Notes: generated from the letters alone by a model not told the origin. DNA of 64,000 nt from Geosiphon pyriformis uo1 (GCA_016748015.1 JAAOMT010000299.1:310001-374000), one strand, 5' to 3'; shown: positions 13,501-26,592, counted from the stretch's first letter. Numbers and translations are program-made.

Positions 13501-13950
13501 TGGAGAGTGGATTGTGATAGTGAATAATTATTTATTGATATTTGTGGTGTGGAAAGTTGCTTAGATTAAATCTAAACTCAGATGTCTTAAGAATTCTAAT
13601 AATTATAATTTGCAAATCTAATTGACTTTGAGAGTCCTACTGACTCTCAGTCTTTTTAACTAATTTTTTAGCTTCTGATACTACTGCTATATATACATAA
13701 ATTTCATTGTACAAGATTTCTTGAATTCTTCAATTTTCTAACCAGAAATCTTGGAATTCTTGGAATCCTGCAATTTCTTTGAGAGGAATTCTGGAATTCT
13801 GGAATCTTGCAATTCCTCATATAAGAATCTTGAAATTCCTGAAATCCTGCAATTTCTCTAAGAAGAATTTTGGAATTTCACTTTTACTACATTTATTCTG
13901 ATTGGCTAATTTATGTACTAATATTTAATTTCTATATTTTATAAGTAATA
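10505..13950 (-). mobile_element. Non-autonomous, internally deleted LTR element E (two LTRs, 1.6-kb internal region)
   Basis: LTRs at 10505-11437 and 13028-13950, PBS at ~13010-13025, PPT at 11438-11452, TSD TTAG/CTAG. Inside: only the gag 5' part, a dUTPase fragment and the FAGAQY* tail. Confidence 0.87.
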
Positions 13951-16900
13951 CTAGTTAATAACTAAAATTCTACTAGTAATATAATTTTCTTCTTAAAACT
14001 AAGTTTTATCAAAGTTCAAATACTATCTGTAATATTGAAATAGTAGTCCAAAATAATTGTAGTAATTTGGTTTAAAAATTGTTGAAATTTTAGTTCTGTA
14101 AGTTTGTTAATGTATTATATCTTTATTGATTGAAGTATTAAATTTTGTAGAACATTTTCACAAAATATTAAATAAGTTGTAGAGTTTAAATGCTGCTTTA
14201 AGTTTATAACAAGTGTTTATTGATTCAGCTGCTGTCTTAAATTCATTGTGAATTTGTTTTGGTATAGCTTCAGGAGTGAAGTTTGTTGCTATTAGTTCTA
14301 ATTTTTGTTTATAAAGTGTTCTTCCAATATAAAAATATTTATATATAAGAATATGTTTATTATTCTGTTCATTAAAATATTACAGAAGTTTTTGTTGAAT
14401 TGTGATGTTTAGTGAATTGTCAATTAAAGTAAATAAAAAGTTTTTTTTAAAGCTTGTTTCAAAAGTTTTGGTAATTAACTTTCAGAATAATTTCTTGTTT
14501 TTCCTTTATAAAAGTAATAATTCTGTAAATTATTTACTATTGGTGTTATAGTTTCTTTTTAGGTATAATTAATTTGACTTTTATTAATTGTTATGGATAA
14601 ATCAAGAAGTATTTTTAAAGCTAACATTAATTTTTGAGATATTTGTTGAATATTTCGTGAAATAATTATTGTGAAGTAAAATAACTTGTGAATAAAATTT
14701 GAAAAAATTTGAAAAATAAAAATTTTGAAAAAATTTTAAAAAGAAAAATATGGAAATATTTTTGGGTATTGGGATTTTATATATTTTTGGTTTTCTTGTG
14801 ATTTTTTATTCTGTTTTATGTTTGTATATTTTTAAATAAGTATAATAATAATGTTTAAATGATCAGATTTTGTTGCTATTCTATTATAATTATTGGTTCT
14901 AAGTTTCAGAGAATATTTTTAGGATTAATTAAAAAGAACTGTATATTAATTTGTAAAATTAATGATTCAAAATTATTTCTGAAATAATAATGTTTCAATT
15001 AATTTCCATGTGCAATTTTTGTTAAGACTTTGTTATTAAGTCTTAACTTATATGATTTATTGTTTAAGGTTTTATAAATATAAAATAGTCTATCCTATTT
15101 ATGTTTAAATTTTTCACTCCATTGTTTTTCAGTTTTAGTTCTGTATAAGAGAACTTTAAACTTGTTAATTATTGGTGGCAATTTGTTGTTATGTTATTTT
15201 TTTTGTTAAGCTTAAAAGTGTTTAATATAAGTGGCTGCTATTTGTTGTTTCCTTTCTAAAGTATTAAAAAGAGTGTAGATTTTTTATTAAAGTGTTTTTT
15301 AAAAGTTTTCTTCATTAATTGGTTGCACAGAGTATGTTTTTACAGTAAAATTAATTGGTAATATTGCTGTTTTTTCATAGATTAAATCAAAAAATATGTG
15401 TTTTGTGGTATCTTGTTTTAGTGTTTTGTATGCTAATAACACTGATAGAATAAAGATATCTTATTCCTGTTCAAAATCAGTTAAAACTTTGGCTAATGAT
15501 TTACATAGTATTTAATTGAATCATTTTACAAATCTATTTGTTTATGTATAGTAAGATAATGATAAAGATCTTTTGATCTTAAATTATTCACAAATTTTTT
15601 GTATTATGTTGTTCACAAAATGTGTTTCTTAATTAAATAAAAGTTTAATTGGACATCTGTATTTACAAATAATAACCTTATAGATAAAATTTGCTACTGA
15701 TTTTGCATTTACTTATTGAATGGTTCTGGCTTCAAGCCATTTGGTAAGATAATTTACTGTAATTGTAATATAACAGTTTTCTTGAATAGTAATAAGTAAT
15801 GATCCAACTAAATCAATTTTTACTTTGTCAAAAAATTGTTCAACTTTGATTGGATTTAAAGTTTTAATAAAGGAAGTTTTTTCTTTTCTTTAACAATTAT
15901 TACATGATTTTATATACTATTGAATGTTTTAATATTTTCTGTATTGTGCTGTCTTTTTCTAGATATTCTAATAAAGAGTCTGTATATATGTTGTATAAAA
16001 TTGTTTTTTTTTTATTTTGTTGAATTAATCTAAGTGAATTTGTTGAGTTTTGGCAGTTTTGATAATAAATTTTATTATGGTGCAGAAAATATTGTTTGAA
16101 TTGGTATTTTAATTAGTATTTTTTGGCTGAAAACCAATTTTCTGGTATTTTGAGAGTTTTTAGATAGTTTTTAATATTGTTGTAGTTTTTGGAATCTATT
16201 TTTAATTGTTGACTATTGTTGAAATTAATAGTTTATTGGTGTTAATTCTAATCTTGCCTTATTCTGAAAAGGCTATTTATAGTTGTATGTAATTTGTTTA
16301 ATTTGTGATAAACAATATATTTGTAGTCTGTTAGAAAATCAGACCATTAAGCTTGTTTAGCACTAAGTTCAGAGTTTTTTTTGCTGAGCTATTTGAGATC
16401 AATATTATTTATAATAATATTAAATTGGAGTCTATTTTGGAGATATTATTGAAAATGGTTTAAAGTCCAAATAACAGTTGTTGCTTTTAATTTTGTGAAC
16501 TCATATTTGAATTCAGTTGGTTTAAAAGTTCTATTGGCATAAACAATTATTTGTTTGTTGCTATTGTTATCCAATTGTAATAGAATAGCACCAAAAGCTA
16601 TATGTAAAGCATTAGTAACTAACTAAAACCTTTTACTAAAATCTAAATAAGCAAAAATTAAAGCTGTAGTAAGTTTTTTTTTAAGAGTGTCAAATGCTTG
16701 TTGTTGAGCTTATGTCTATTAATATTTTATGTTCTTGTTAGTCAGGTGGTTAAGTGGATTAGCAATTTTGGAAAATTTTTTAATAAATTTTCAGTAATAA
16801 GAAACTAATCTTATAAATTCTCTTAGTTCTGTAGTATTTCAGAGAACTTGAAAATTTTTAACAGCACTAATTGTTTCTGAATTGGATTGGATTTTATCTT

Positions 16901-18470
16901 TGCTGACAATGTGTTCAAGAAAGATTAAATTTGTTTTTTTAAAATAACATTTTTTGATGTTTAATTTTAATTCTATTTTTTGTAATCATTAAAAAACTTT
17001 TCACAGATAGATCAAATAGACTTTAAAGCTTGAAGAATATACATCAATGTTATCTAAATAAATAACTACTAATTGCCATAAAAGTCCTTTATAAACAACA
17101 TTCATAAGTCTTTGAAATATTGCTAATACATTACAAAATCCAAAAAACATTATGTTAAATTCATAATTTTCTTTTTAAGTAGTAAATACTGTTTTGAGAT
17201 AATCTTTAGGATCTATTTTAATTTGTCAATATCTGCTTTTTAAGTTTAAAGTTGAAAAAACTTGGCTTTTTTTAGAGCATTTAGCATATTATCAATTCTT
17301 AGTAGTAAATAAGCATCTCTAATTGTAATACTATTTAGTTGTTAATAGTTTACACAAAATTTGATTTTGCTATTTTTTTTTATAAGAACCATTGATAAGA
17401 CTCAAGAGCTTTTTAATAGTTGAATAAGATTATTATTGAGCATTTATTGAACTTCTTCTCTAATAAATTGATGACTAGTAAATAGAACTTAATAGACTTA
17501 TTGACATTTTGATAGAGCATTTTCTATATGAATTTGATGCTATACAATATCAGTTTTTCTAAAATTGTTATTATCTTTGGCAAATATATTATCATATTTG
17601 GCAATCAACTGTTTTAATTGTCTTTGTTATTGAAGTTTCAAGAGACTCATGTTGATTTGAAAAAGTTTTTTTTCTAAAATATAGTAGTTTTCAGTAGTAA
17701 AAGTAATGTTTGTATTTGAAAATAGTGAATATTTTACAATTTTAATGAAATTAACAACAATTTAAAAGGTTTTATTTTGGAAAATATTGTTATATATGAT
17801 TCTAATTTCTAATTTGTTTAATAAAATAATAAGATAATTGTTGAGATTATAGAATATAACTCAAAATTTTTTTATTTTTTTTGGAATATAAACATTTAGA
17901 ATTGAAATTTTATGCTTTAAACAGATTTGTTTATTTGATTCAAAGATTTATTAAATGGTTGTAAGCTTTGAACAAATATAAATTTCATAATGTTCTCCAT
18001 AAAATAAAATGGTAATTGGTTGGAAAAGTTGAAGAATCTGGTAAATTTTGTTCTATATATTAAGAGCTATATTTACTAAAACTGTAAATTGTTTAGTTAA
18101 ACCAAAATCTTGGATTTTTCTTTCACTTTTTTTTAATTGTTTTCTGTTGTTGACTGATTATAAACCCGAAATATTAATTAAAGACAAATAAATTGCTTGA
18201 GCAATTTTTTTAGCATGCTTAATTTTAAATAGTTTGTCAGTTTTGTTTTGTAACAGAATTGTAATGTTTTTAATGTATTTCATATCTATAATTCTTTTTC
18301 TAATGTTAATTTTTTTACTTGTTAATAATGATTAAGAAGCAATTTGAACTATTGCTTCTAATGGGATTTTAAAAGCAATTTTTAAGTTGATTTTTGTTAA
18401 AAATTTTGGTTAGAGGACCAAAGTGTCTTTTTCTGAATATTATAGATTATATTTAGCATCTATTTTATGG

Positions 18471-19311
18471 TGTTACAGTTTAAGAATTTAGCAAAAAGAA
18501 TCATAAAAATAATACAAACTATTCAATCATAATATAGCACAGTAATAATCTTAGAAAAGTAATGATTAACATAGTAGCAAACACCATCTCGTGATAGTGG
18601 CAAGCACCAGTTCACAATAGCAGCCAACACCAACTGGTGATAGCAGCAAACACCAAGTTGAAATATCAAAAAGAAAGTATTTTCTCATAGAACTACAAAC
18701 ATGTATATATACAGTAGTTTTAATATTGGGAAATAATCAATCAAGTAATAAANNNNNNNNNNNNNNNNNNNNNNNNNNNNNNNNNNNNNNNNNNNNNNNN
18801 NNNNNNNNNNNNNNNNNNNNNNNNNNNNNNNNNNNNNNNNNNNNNNNNNNNNNNNNNNNNNNNNNNNNNNNNNNNNNNNNNNNNNNNNNNNNNNNNNNNN
18901 NNNNNNNNNNNNNNNNNNNNNNNNNNNNNNNNNNNNNNNNNNNNNNNNNNNNNNNNNNNNNNNNNNNNNNNNNNNNNNNNNNNNNNNNNNNNNNNNNNNN
19001 NNNNNNNNNNNNNNNNNNNNNNNNNNNNNNNNNNNNNNNNNNNNNNNNNNNNNNNNNNNNNNNNNNNNNNNNNNNNNNNNNNNNNNNNNNNNNNNNNNNN
19101 NNNNNNNNNNNNNNNNNNNNNNNNNNNNNNNNCATAAACACACACAACAATCAAGAATTAAAGAATAACTTACATCGCAACAGTAAAAAAAAAGCCTTCA
19201 GTATAACAGTGACATTATCACACAAATAGAATTGAGGAACTCACGAAAGACTGATTGCAATTAAAGCAGGATATCAGCAATTAAATATAACAAGAAAACT
19301 ATCCCGTAACA
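18471..19311 (+). repeat. 5' LTR of element B (contains the assembly gap)
   Basis: TGTTACAG...CGTAACA; about 97% identical to 27275-28142 over the sequenced parts. Confidence 0.95.
18753..19132. other. Assembly gap (380 N)
   Basis: Run of N. The equivalent segment in the 3' LTR is 27557-27963 (407 bp). Confidence 0.99.
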
Positions 19312-19313
19312 TT

Positions 19314-19330
19314 TGGTGAACCCTACGAGG
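19314..19330 (+). promoter_or_regulatory. Primer-binding site of B (TGGTGAACCCTACGAGG)
   Basis: TGG lies 2 nt after the LTR end and the sequence is tRNA-3'-complement-like. tRNA identity unresolved. Confidence 0.85.
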
Positions 19331-19393
19331 AAAAAAAATCAAAAAGGAAATAATAATTAGCAATAATTCATTGCTAAAAAGGAAAAGACAAAA

Positions 19394-22300
19394 GTGGCGA
19401 CAAAAATCCCTAATCTTACTGTTCTTGAATTCTGCCATGCTATTTACACACAAAATCAAAGTGATCTTGGATTACCAGAAGGGTGTTGTCCAGCAGAATC
19501 TGCCCTCACTTATTATATCAATGCCAGAATAAATTATCATATAGGAAAAAAAGAAGAACCACATGACGCAAAACTTGGATTGTATAGAGAATTATCACAA
19601 TACACTACAAAAGAAGTAACAGTAATAGCTGCAACTATTGTCAAAATCCATCAAGAAATTGAGCAATACGCCAACAAAAATTTTTCAATATCCACAGGAA
19701 ACACTAGGGAACGCGCCAACAAAACCAAAGAAAATTTAGAAACTAATCAGGAAAGTAACCAGCAAAAACTAGGAACACCAGCTCAAACGCCAAAGAAAAC
19801 TGTCACTCAATCAATAAAGAAACAACGTATTTATTCACCAGAAGATAAATCATACCATTTTTCACCAGAAAATAAGATACAAATTCTATTAGGAGCTGTA
19901 TCATCATCAACATCAACTCCACAAATGCCAAGAACTCCTAATTATATTGATAAAATTAAACAACGTAACTGGGAAGACATACCAATTACAGGAGGATATT
20001 CATCACTATTCCAAAACCCTCTTTTTCAGCCAAAATTTAGAACGGAGTTTGAAAACCGTGAAGAGGAGTCTGAATCGGAATCCGAAAAAGAGACCAGCGA
20101 AAAAACAATCACAAGACCAGTCACTGGAACAAGCAGCCAGTCCAGAAACCAAGAAACTTGTGATCAAGAGGAAGAACCGGATATAAGGGAAGCCACCTTT
20201 AGGAACGCTCAAGGAAATATCATCCCACCTTCTCTTAGACCAATAAACCCACTAGTAGAAAACGGCAACAAAATGACCACACCATACATTGCAAGACTAA
20301 CAGATTTCTCAGGAGAGGAAGAAGAAATGGACGTGCACACATGGCTCAGAGAAGCACAAAAAGCCATCCAGGCAAATAACTGGAATGACCAAAGAGCAAT
20401 TCAAACATTATCTTTCTTCCTGAAAGGCACAGCCGACTCGTGGTATCAAAGCCTGGAAACAAAACTCACGAGCTTCGCCGAATTTAAAAATGCACTCCTG
20501 GAGTATTTTAGCGACCCAAACGCTGTAATCCAACTACAAAACAAATTCAATACTATCAAGCAAAATACCAGTGAAACTGTCACCCAATACCTTGCTCAAT
20601 TCAATCGAATTCGCCGTCAGATTGAAGCGATTGAACAAGGATACTACACTGATCCTCAGGTTTTAAATCAGTTTATTAGAGGATTAAAAAGCAGCATTTT
20701 AGGAAAAGTATGTCCTGCCCACCCTAATTCCTTACCAGAAGCCGTTACGCTTGCCAGAGCCCTTGAATCGGCTGAGAAAGAAGCTAACCATAGTCAAATG
20801 GTTAACATGGTAATGGAGGAAAATAAGACAGAAACATTAAAGAAAAGAGTAACGCGATTAGGGGAGGAACTCTCTAAGAAAATAGAAAGTTACCTCATCC
20901 CGGATCCGAGAAAAAATACATACCAACCACCCCAAAGACGCAGCCAGAAAGTCAGCGACAGTCGAAATAATTGTTCATCGCACCAGAAATTCAGAACAGA
21001 AACATGCGCCTGTCATTTTTGCAAACACGTAGGACATTTGATTAGTCAATGTCAAATGCGAATGATGCAGGAAGCACGCGAAAATAATTACTACGCGCCA
21101 CCCTAAATGCCCAGAAGCCAGTACATGCCAATACTACGCCAATATCTCACCATGTATCAAAATCAAGGAGCTTACCAGCAACAGCCCATGATAGCCAACC
21201 CGAATTGGCATCTCGAGGCCCGAAATCAGCCCATGTAGAACCAGAACGTGTTGGTCCAGAGGAATCTAAACTGCGCCGGAACCAATCAGCAAACCAATCT
21301 AAACTACCAAAATTATCAACAAACTTACCTTAATATACTGGAAAACCTGATCATCAGAAACAATAATGGTAAAAACATAAACAGAATCAAAAATTCCTCC
21401 AAATTGAGCCAGACAATACCACCAGCAGTTGCCACCGAAGATAGCAGCCTCGCAGCTATTTTTCCTTTTGAATTAGAGGAAAACGAGGCTATGTTCAGTG
21501 GAGCAGCATTGGACGAAAAACGCCCAATCACTGCTATGTATATGGAAGCCACTGTAAACAATACTCCAATCAAACTTATCTTAGACAGTGGATCCACTGG
21601 AAGCATCATAACACTTCAACTAGTAAACCAACTGGGTTTCAAAGTTGATCGTGCTGCGACGTCCCAAATCATAACAGCCGATGGAAGTACAAAGCTGCCT
21701 CATGGCGAAATCGACTCATTTCCTTTCGAAATTAACGGCATAGTAATACTTACAAAAGTATTAGTAATGGACGCTACACAATATCAAGCGTTAGTAGGGA
21801 ATGACTGGTTAACAAAAGCCAACACCACTCTAGACTGGACCACCCAAGAGCTTCTGATCAATTATAATGGCCACCAGGCCAAAATTCCAGCCACCTGTGG
21901 CCACTTCCAAAAACCCAGCACCAACCAAAGACCTACCTTCGAATTTGAGGAAAATCCAGCACTACCAGCCATCGAAACCTATCAGCTCTCTTGGACTGAT
22001 GACCAAAGAACAGGACTACCAGCCATACCAACGTGGACCAGTGAAGAAAGATCTGAATAAAACCAGGTAAGTTCACGAAGAAACCACCAGTGACGCAGAC
22101 CAAAGCTAGAATGCTCGGTTTGCAAGAAGAAACTCTCATCTATGACTGCATGCAGTGCACCGGACAAAGACCCAAGAAACCCCACCCACTACTATTGTAA
22201 CTGTTGTAACAAAGAAAAATATGGTTACCCAGAAAGACACGGAAAATGGGACGAGGAACCGTGTCTCGCTTGTGGAGAACCGTTACCAAGAGGGTGCGAC

Positions 22301-25098
22301 TGGAATGACTTACCAGGCAGAGGAGGAATGTGTGACACAACTTGCCAATACATGATCCTCATCTGTGACTGGGTAAGAAGAAGAACGCCATTCGAAGCAG
22401 TATTCAACAGAGTGTTAAAAAGACTACAGCACTACCCACATGACGAGGACGAGTTGTACAACACCGCACAAGCCAAAATAAGAGGAGGAACTGCCGAAGA
22501 AATACGACATTGGAAAGAGTCAGCCGAAGTAGCCGACAAAGTCGCCAGCTACAACATGTTCGACCCAGTGGACGAATTCCAGGACTACTACCAACAACTA
22601 TGCCTCACTCGACAAGAGCAAGAACAATACCTTGCCCAAATCAACACTTACCTCTGCAAAAACTGTCTTATCCTGTGCCAAAATCAGTACTGTGAAGAGT
22701 GTCAAGACGAAAGGGACTTAGAAAGAAAAATGGAAATTGAGAATCAGCAGTCTCAAAATCAATCAAATCAACAAGACTCACCTGACAGTCCCAAGTCAGA
22801 AAAATTTGTAGCCTATACTGACCTAGAACAGATGACCGACATCCGATACTTCGACAACGGGCACTTAGAAATAATACTCAAAAGAGCCCATCCAACCAAC
22901 ACCAAATTCAATCTACGTTATCCGGAAGACCAATCCACAACATTACCACCCAGAAGCATCACCAAAATTGACCTAAAAATAGCGGTTGAAATTCCGCCAG
23001 GAATAATGGTTCAAATGGCGTCATGATCAAGCCTCGCGAAAAAAGGAATAAGCATTCAAGGAGGAATAATTGACTCCAGATACACTGGAAATTTAATGGT
23101 TTTGCTACAGAACAATTCAGAAAAGCCTTATACCATTGAATCTAAGGAAAAGATTGTACAAGCAATTTTCCTACCATTGGTAAAAATTGGGAAATTCGTG
23201 CCAGTGGAAAATCGTGAGGAATTGTCACAAACAACGAGAGGAACTTTTGGTTTTGGATTGACAGAAAAAGAAATTGAAGCGAATTTCACTGAAACAATAG
23301 AGGAAAAAGGCGAAGTAATTAAAAATGAGTGGTCCATCACACTCCTACCATATGAAAAATCAGAAATAAGAATAAAAAGGACAATTAAAGAAAAAGACCT
23401 AATATTTGAGCCCTACCCAGAAACTTGCCAACAGTTTCTCATAGGACTTACTAACCTTTTTATTCCAGCTGATAAAGCTCAATGGATAAAAATTCCTATC
23501 GCAAACACCACAGAAGAACCCGTCTACATTCCGGAAGATACCATCATTGAATACCTCGGAACGGAGCTAGAAAATGCGTCAACACCACAAGAAATTCTAA
23601 ATTTCCCAGAAATCGCCCTCTACTGTGAACTCACTTCAATAAATTGGCAACAACCAGTAGAATGCTATCAATTTACGCCAGAAGAATTGGCCAAATTAAA
23701 CATTGGAACAATGGATCTTGACCAACAGCGACAATTAAAAGCATTAATTTTAAAATACTCTAATATATTTTCAAGAAATGGCAAATTTGGAAGAACCAAC
23801 TTGGTTCAACACCAAATCCCCACTGGAGACGCCAGATCTGAAAAACAACGCGCTTACCGTGTCCCACCAATGGAGCATAATTTTATCAGAGAAGAAGTCC
23901 AAAGCATGTTGGAAAAAGGAATAATACAACCATCAATGAGCCCATGGTCCTCACCAGTTGTTTTAGTAAGGAAAAAGAATAGAAAAATTAGATTTTGCAT
24001 CAACTATTGCAAATTAAACAGCAAAACAACCAAGACTCATATCCAATACCATTAATTGATGAAATCTTCGATGTTTTTGGAGGAGCAAAATGGTTTTCTA
24101 CACTGGACTTGACCAGTGAGTACTGGCAAGTGGAAATGGACCCAAAGGACAGGCATAAAACAGCATTCACAACACAAAATGGCAATTATGAGTTCAATGT
24201 AATGCCATTTGGATTAACAAACGCTCCTGCGACATTCCAAAAACTAATGGACATAATTTACTCTGGAATCCTGTGGCAATCCGTTGTTGTCTACTTGGAT
24301 GATACAAATGTTTTCTCGTCAAAATTCACGGATCATCTCCAACATTTACAACAAGTTTTTGAGAGATTGAGACATGCTGGACTTAAACTAAATCTAGAAA
24401 AATGTTTCTTTGGGAAAAATAAGCTAGCATTTTTAGAACACGTAGTTGGAAAAGATGGAATAAAACCAGATCCATCAAAAATAGACAAAGTGAAAAATTT
24501 TCCAGTACCTCGAAACGTTTCAGAAGTTAGAAGCTTTTTAAGACTTGCATCTTATTATCGCTGCTTTGTAGAAAACTTTTCAAACATCACCAAACCCCTT
24601 AATTACCTACTATCTAAAAATATGAAGTTTGAATGGACTGAAGCACAACAAAAAGCTTTTGAGTACCTTAGACAAAAGCTCATTGAATCACCAATAATAA
24701 TCTATCCGAATTTCAACAAGAAATTCATTTTGGCCACAGATGCCTCTGGAACTGGACTTGGAGCCATTCTGTCACAAAAAGATGATAATGGAAGAGAATG
24801 TGTAATCGCTTATGCCAACAGAAGTCTCAGTATGGCAGAACAAAACTACGCAGCACATGAACTTGAATGCTTAGTAGTAGTCTGGAGTTGTGTTCACTTT
24901 GACACATATTTACGGTACCAACCCTTTGAGATTACGACAGATCATAGAGGTCTGGTCTGGTTAAATAACAAGAAAGTGCTAAAAGAAAAATACGCCAGAT
25001 GGTCACAAACGTTAGCACCATACGATTATATTATCAAATACAAAGAAGATACCAAAAATGCTAATGCCGACTGTTTGTCAAGAATGAGACACACATAA
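19394..25098 (+). pseudogene. gag-pol: gag-PR-Cys-rich-dUTPase-RT-RNase H polyprotein frame of B
   Basis: ORFs 19394, 21248, 22142 and 23096 share one frame, broken only by point stops, plus one 1-nt frameshift near 24030. Motifs: retrotransposon gag core (WLRE..W..FFLKGTADSWY), knuckle CHFCKHVGHLISQC, PR LILDSGS, RT SPWSSPVVLV / MPFGLTNAPATF / YLDD (24292-24303), RH TDASG..E..TDH..NADCLSR. Confidence 0.93.
22870..23263 (+). other. dut: dUTPase domain within pol of B (between PR and RT)
   Basis: All five trimeric-dUTPase motifs, slightly decayed: TKFNL (AGFDL), S*SSLA (RSS), GIIDSRYTG, KIVQAIF, RGTFGFGLT. Confidence 0.9.
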
Positions 25099-25127
25099 AA
25101 ATTACCAACCCACCCGCCACAACAACA

Positions 25128-26508
25128 ATGAACAACCACCTTTACAAAAACCTCAGCCAATACTTGGAAACACTACAAATAGACGAAGAAATGCCAGTAA
25201 AAAAGCTAATTAAGCTCCAAAAATTAGCAAAACACTATTTCATCCAAAATCACATACTTTATTACCGGAATCGACAAAATCCAGATAATCCATTAAGAGT
25301 TATAACCACGGATGAAAAAGAAACTATCTTATTTAACATGCACTCAGATATTCATTTAGGCCACTTTAGAAAAACAGCAACCATCCAATGTGCAACTAGC
25401 CGTTACTATTGGCCAAAAATGAGTTCAGACATAATCCAATACATAAGAAATTGTGACCCATGCCAACGAAGAGGAGGAGCAAAAACAATGGAATTATTAA
25501 GACCAATAAAAGTTGGACAGCCATTTGACAAAATCGAAATTGATTTAGTTGGACCCTTACCAATAACAACAAGAAACAACTGTTATATTGCAGTAGCCAT
25601 GGACTATCTCACCAAATGGCCAGAAGCTAGAGCTATTAAAACAACTGATGCTATTTCCGTAGCTCAATTCGTACATAAAGACTTAATTTGCCGACATGGA
25701 TGTCCACAAGAATTGCTATCAGATCAAGGCACACACTTCATAAACAGCATCTTAAAAGAACTTAGCCAAAAATTTGGAATCAAGCGACCACTGTCATTAC
25801 CATACCACCCTCAAACAAATGGATTAGTTGAAAGATTTAATCACACATTATGTGAATCACTGGCGAAAATTAGTAACGAACATGAAAAAGAATGGGATTT
25901 GTTTATACCAGCAGTACTACTAGCATATAGAACAGTAAAACAAGATACTACACAATTCACACCGTTTGAACTAGTTTATGGAAGAAAAGCCACATTACCT
26001 GTTGAACTTACTATCCCAACTTATCCAAGTGACACTATTACGGAAGCAACATTCCAGGAAACACTACTTAGAAGAACATACAAATTAATGGGAACTTTAG
26101 AAAACAAAAGAAGAAAAGCAGCACAAAATATTGAACAATCACAAGAACAACAAAAAGTGAGACATGATAACCAGTTACCAGATAATATAATTAGCTACAA
26201 AATTGGAGATAAAGTATTGTTGCATCGTACAAAAATGGAAAAACAGTGGAGTGGAAAATTTGATCACAAGTGGGATGGACCATTTTATATTCACGAAATA
26301 CTTGGAAATGGAGCATACAAGCTAAGAACTAGATGATAAAATATTAAGAAAAGCAGCACATGGTAACCGGCTGAAATTCTATTACAGTAAACCAGTAATA
26401 ACAACAAAAACACCCAGAATTGGAACACAATTACCTTTAATTCTACCAGAACAAATTCCACGAGATTTAGAACCAATAGTTTTAATTGAACATTATTCGA
26501 AAAGATAA
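25128..26508 (+). pseudogene. Integrase of B as a stand-alone ORF (frameshift near 26327 in the tail)
   Basis: Own ATG; HHCC (H..GH..CDPC), IDLVGP / SDQG / NGLVERFN catalytic D,D(35)E, WDGPFYI. The tail continues in a shifted frame to PRDLEPIVLIEHYSKR*. Confidence 0.92.
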
Positions 26509-26592
26509 TTAATCTTAGATCACAGCAAAAATGATTTAACAACCATAAAAACGCATGCAAAAGATTCCAAAATAACAGTCAAAATTAAAACA

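Noticed and set aside
18685-19229. Four ORFs of 137-167 aa
   Set aside because: Artefacts of the N gap.
21100-24060. Programmed gag/pol readthrough or frameshift in B
   Set aside because: The stops are consistent with C>T/G>A hits on CAA, CGA or TGG, and the 24030 shift lies inside conserved RT sequence. Unlike the RH|IN stop, I did not see these shared between copies.
26340-26508. Chromodomain at the integrase C-terminus
   Set aside because: No YLVKWKG-type or aromatic-cage motif visible.
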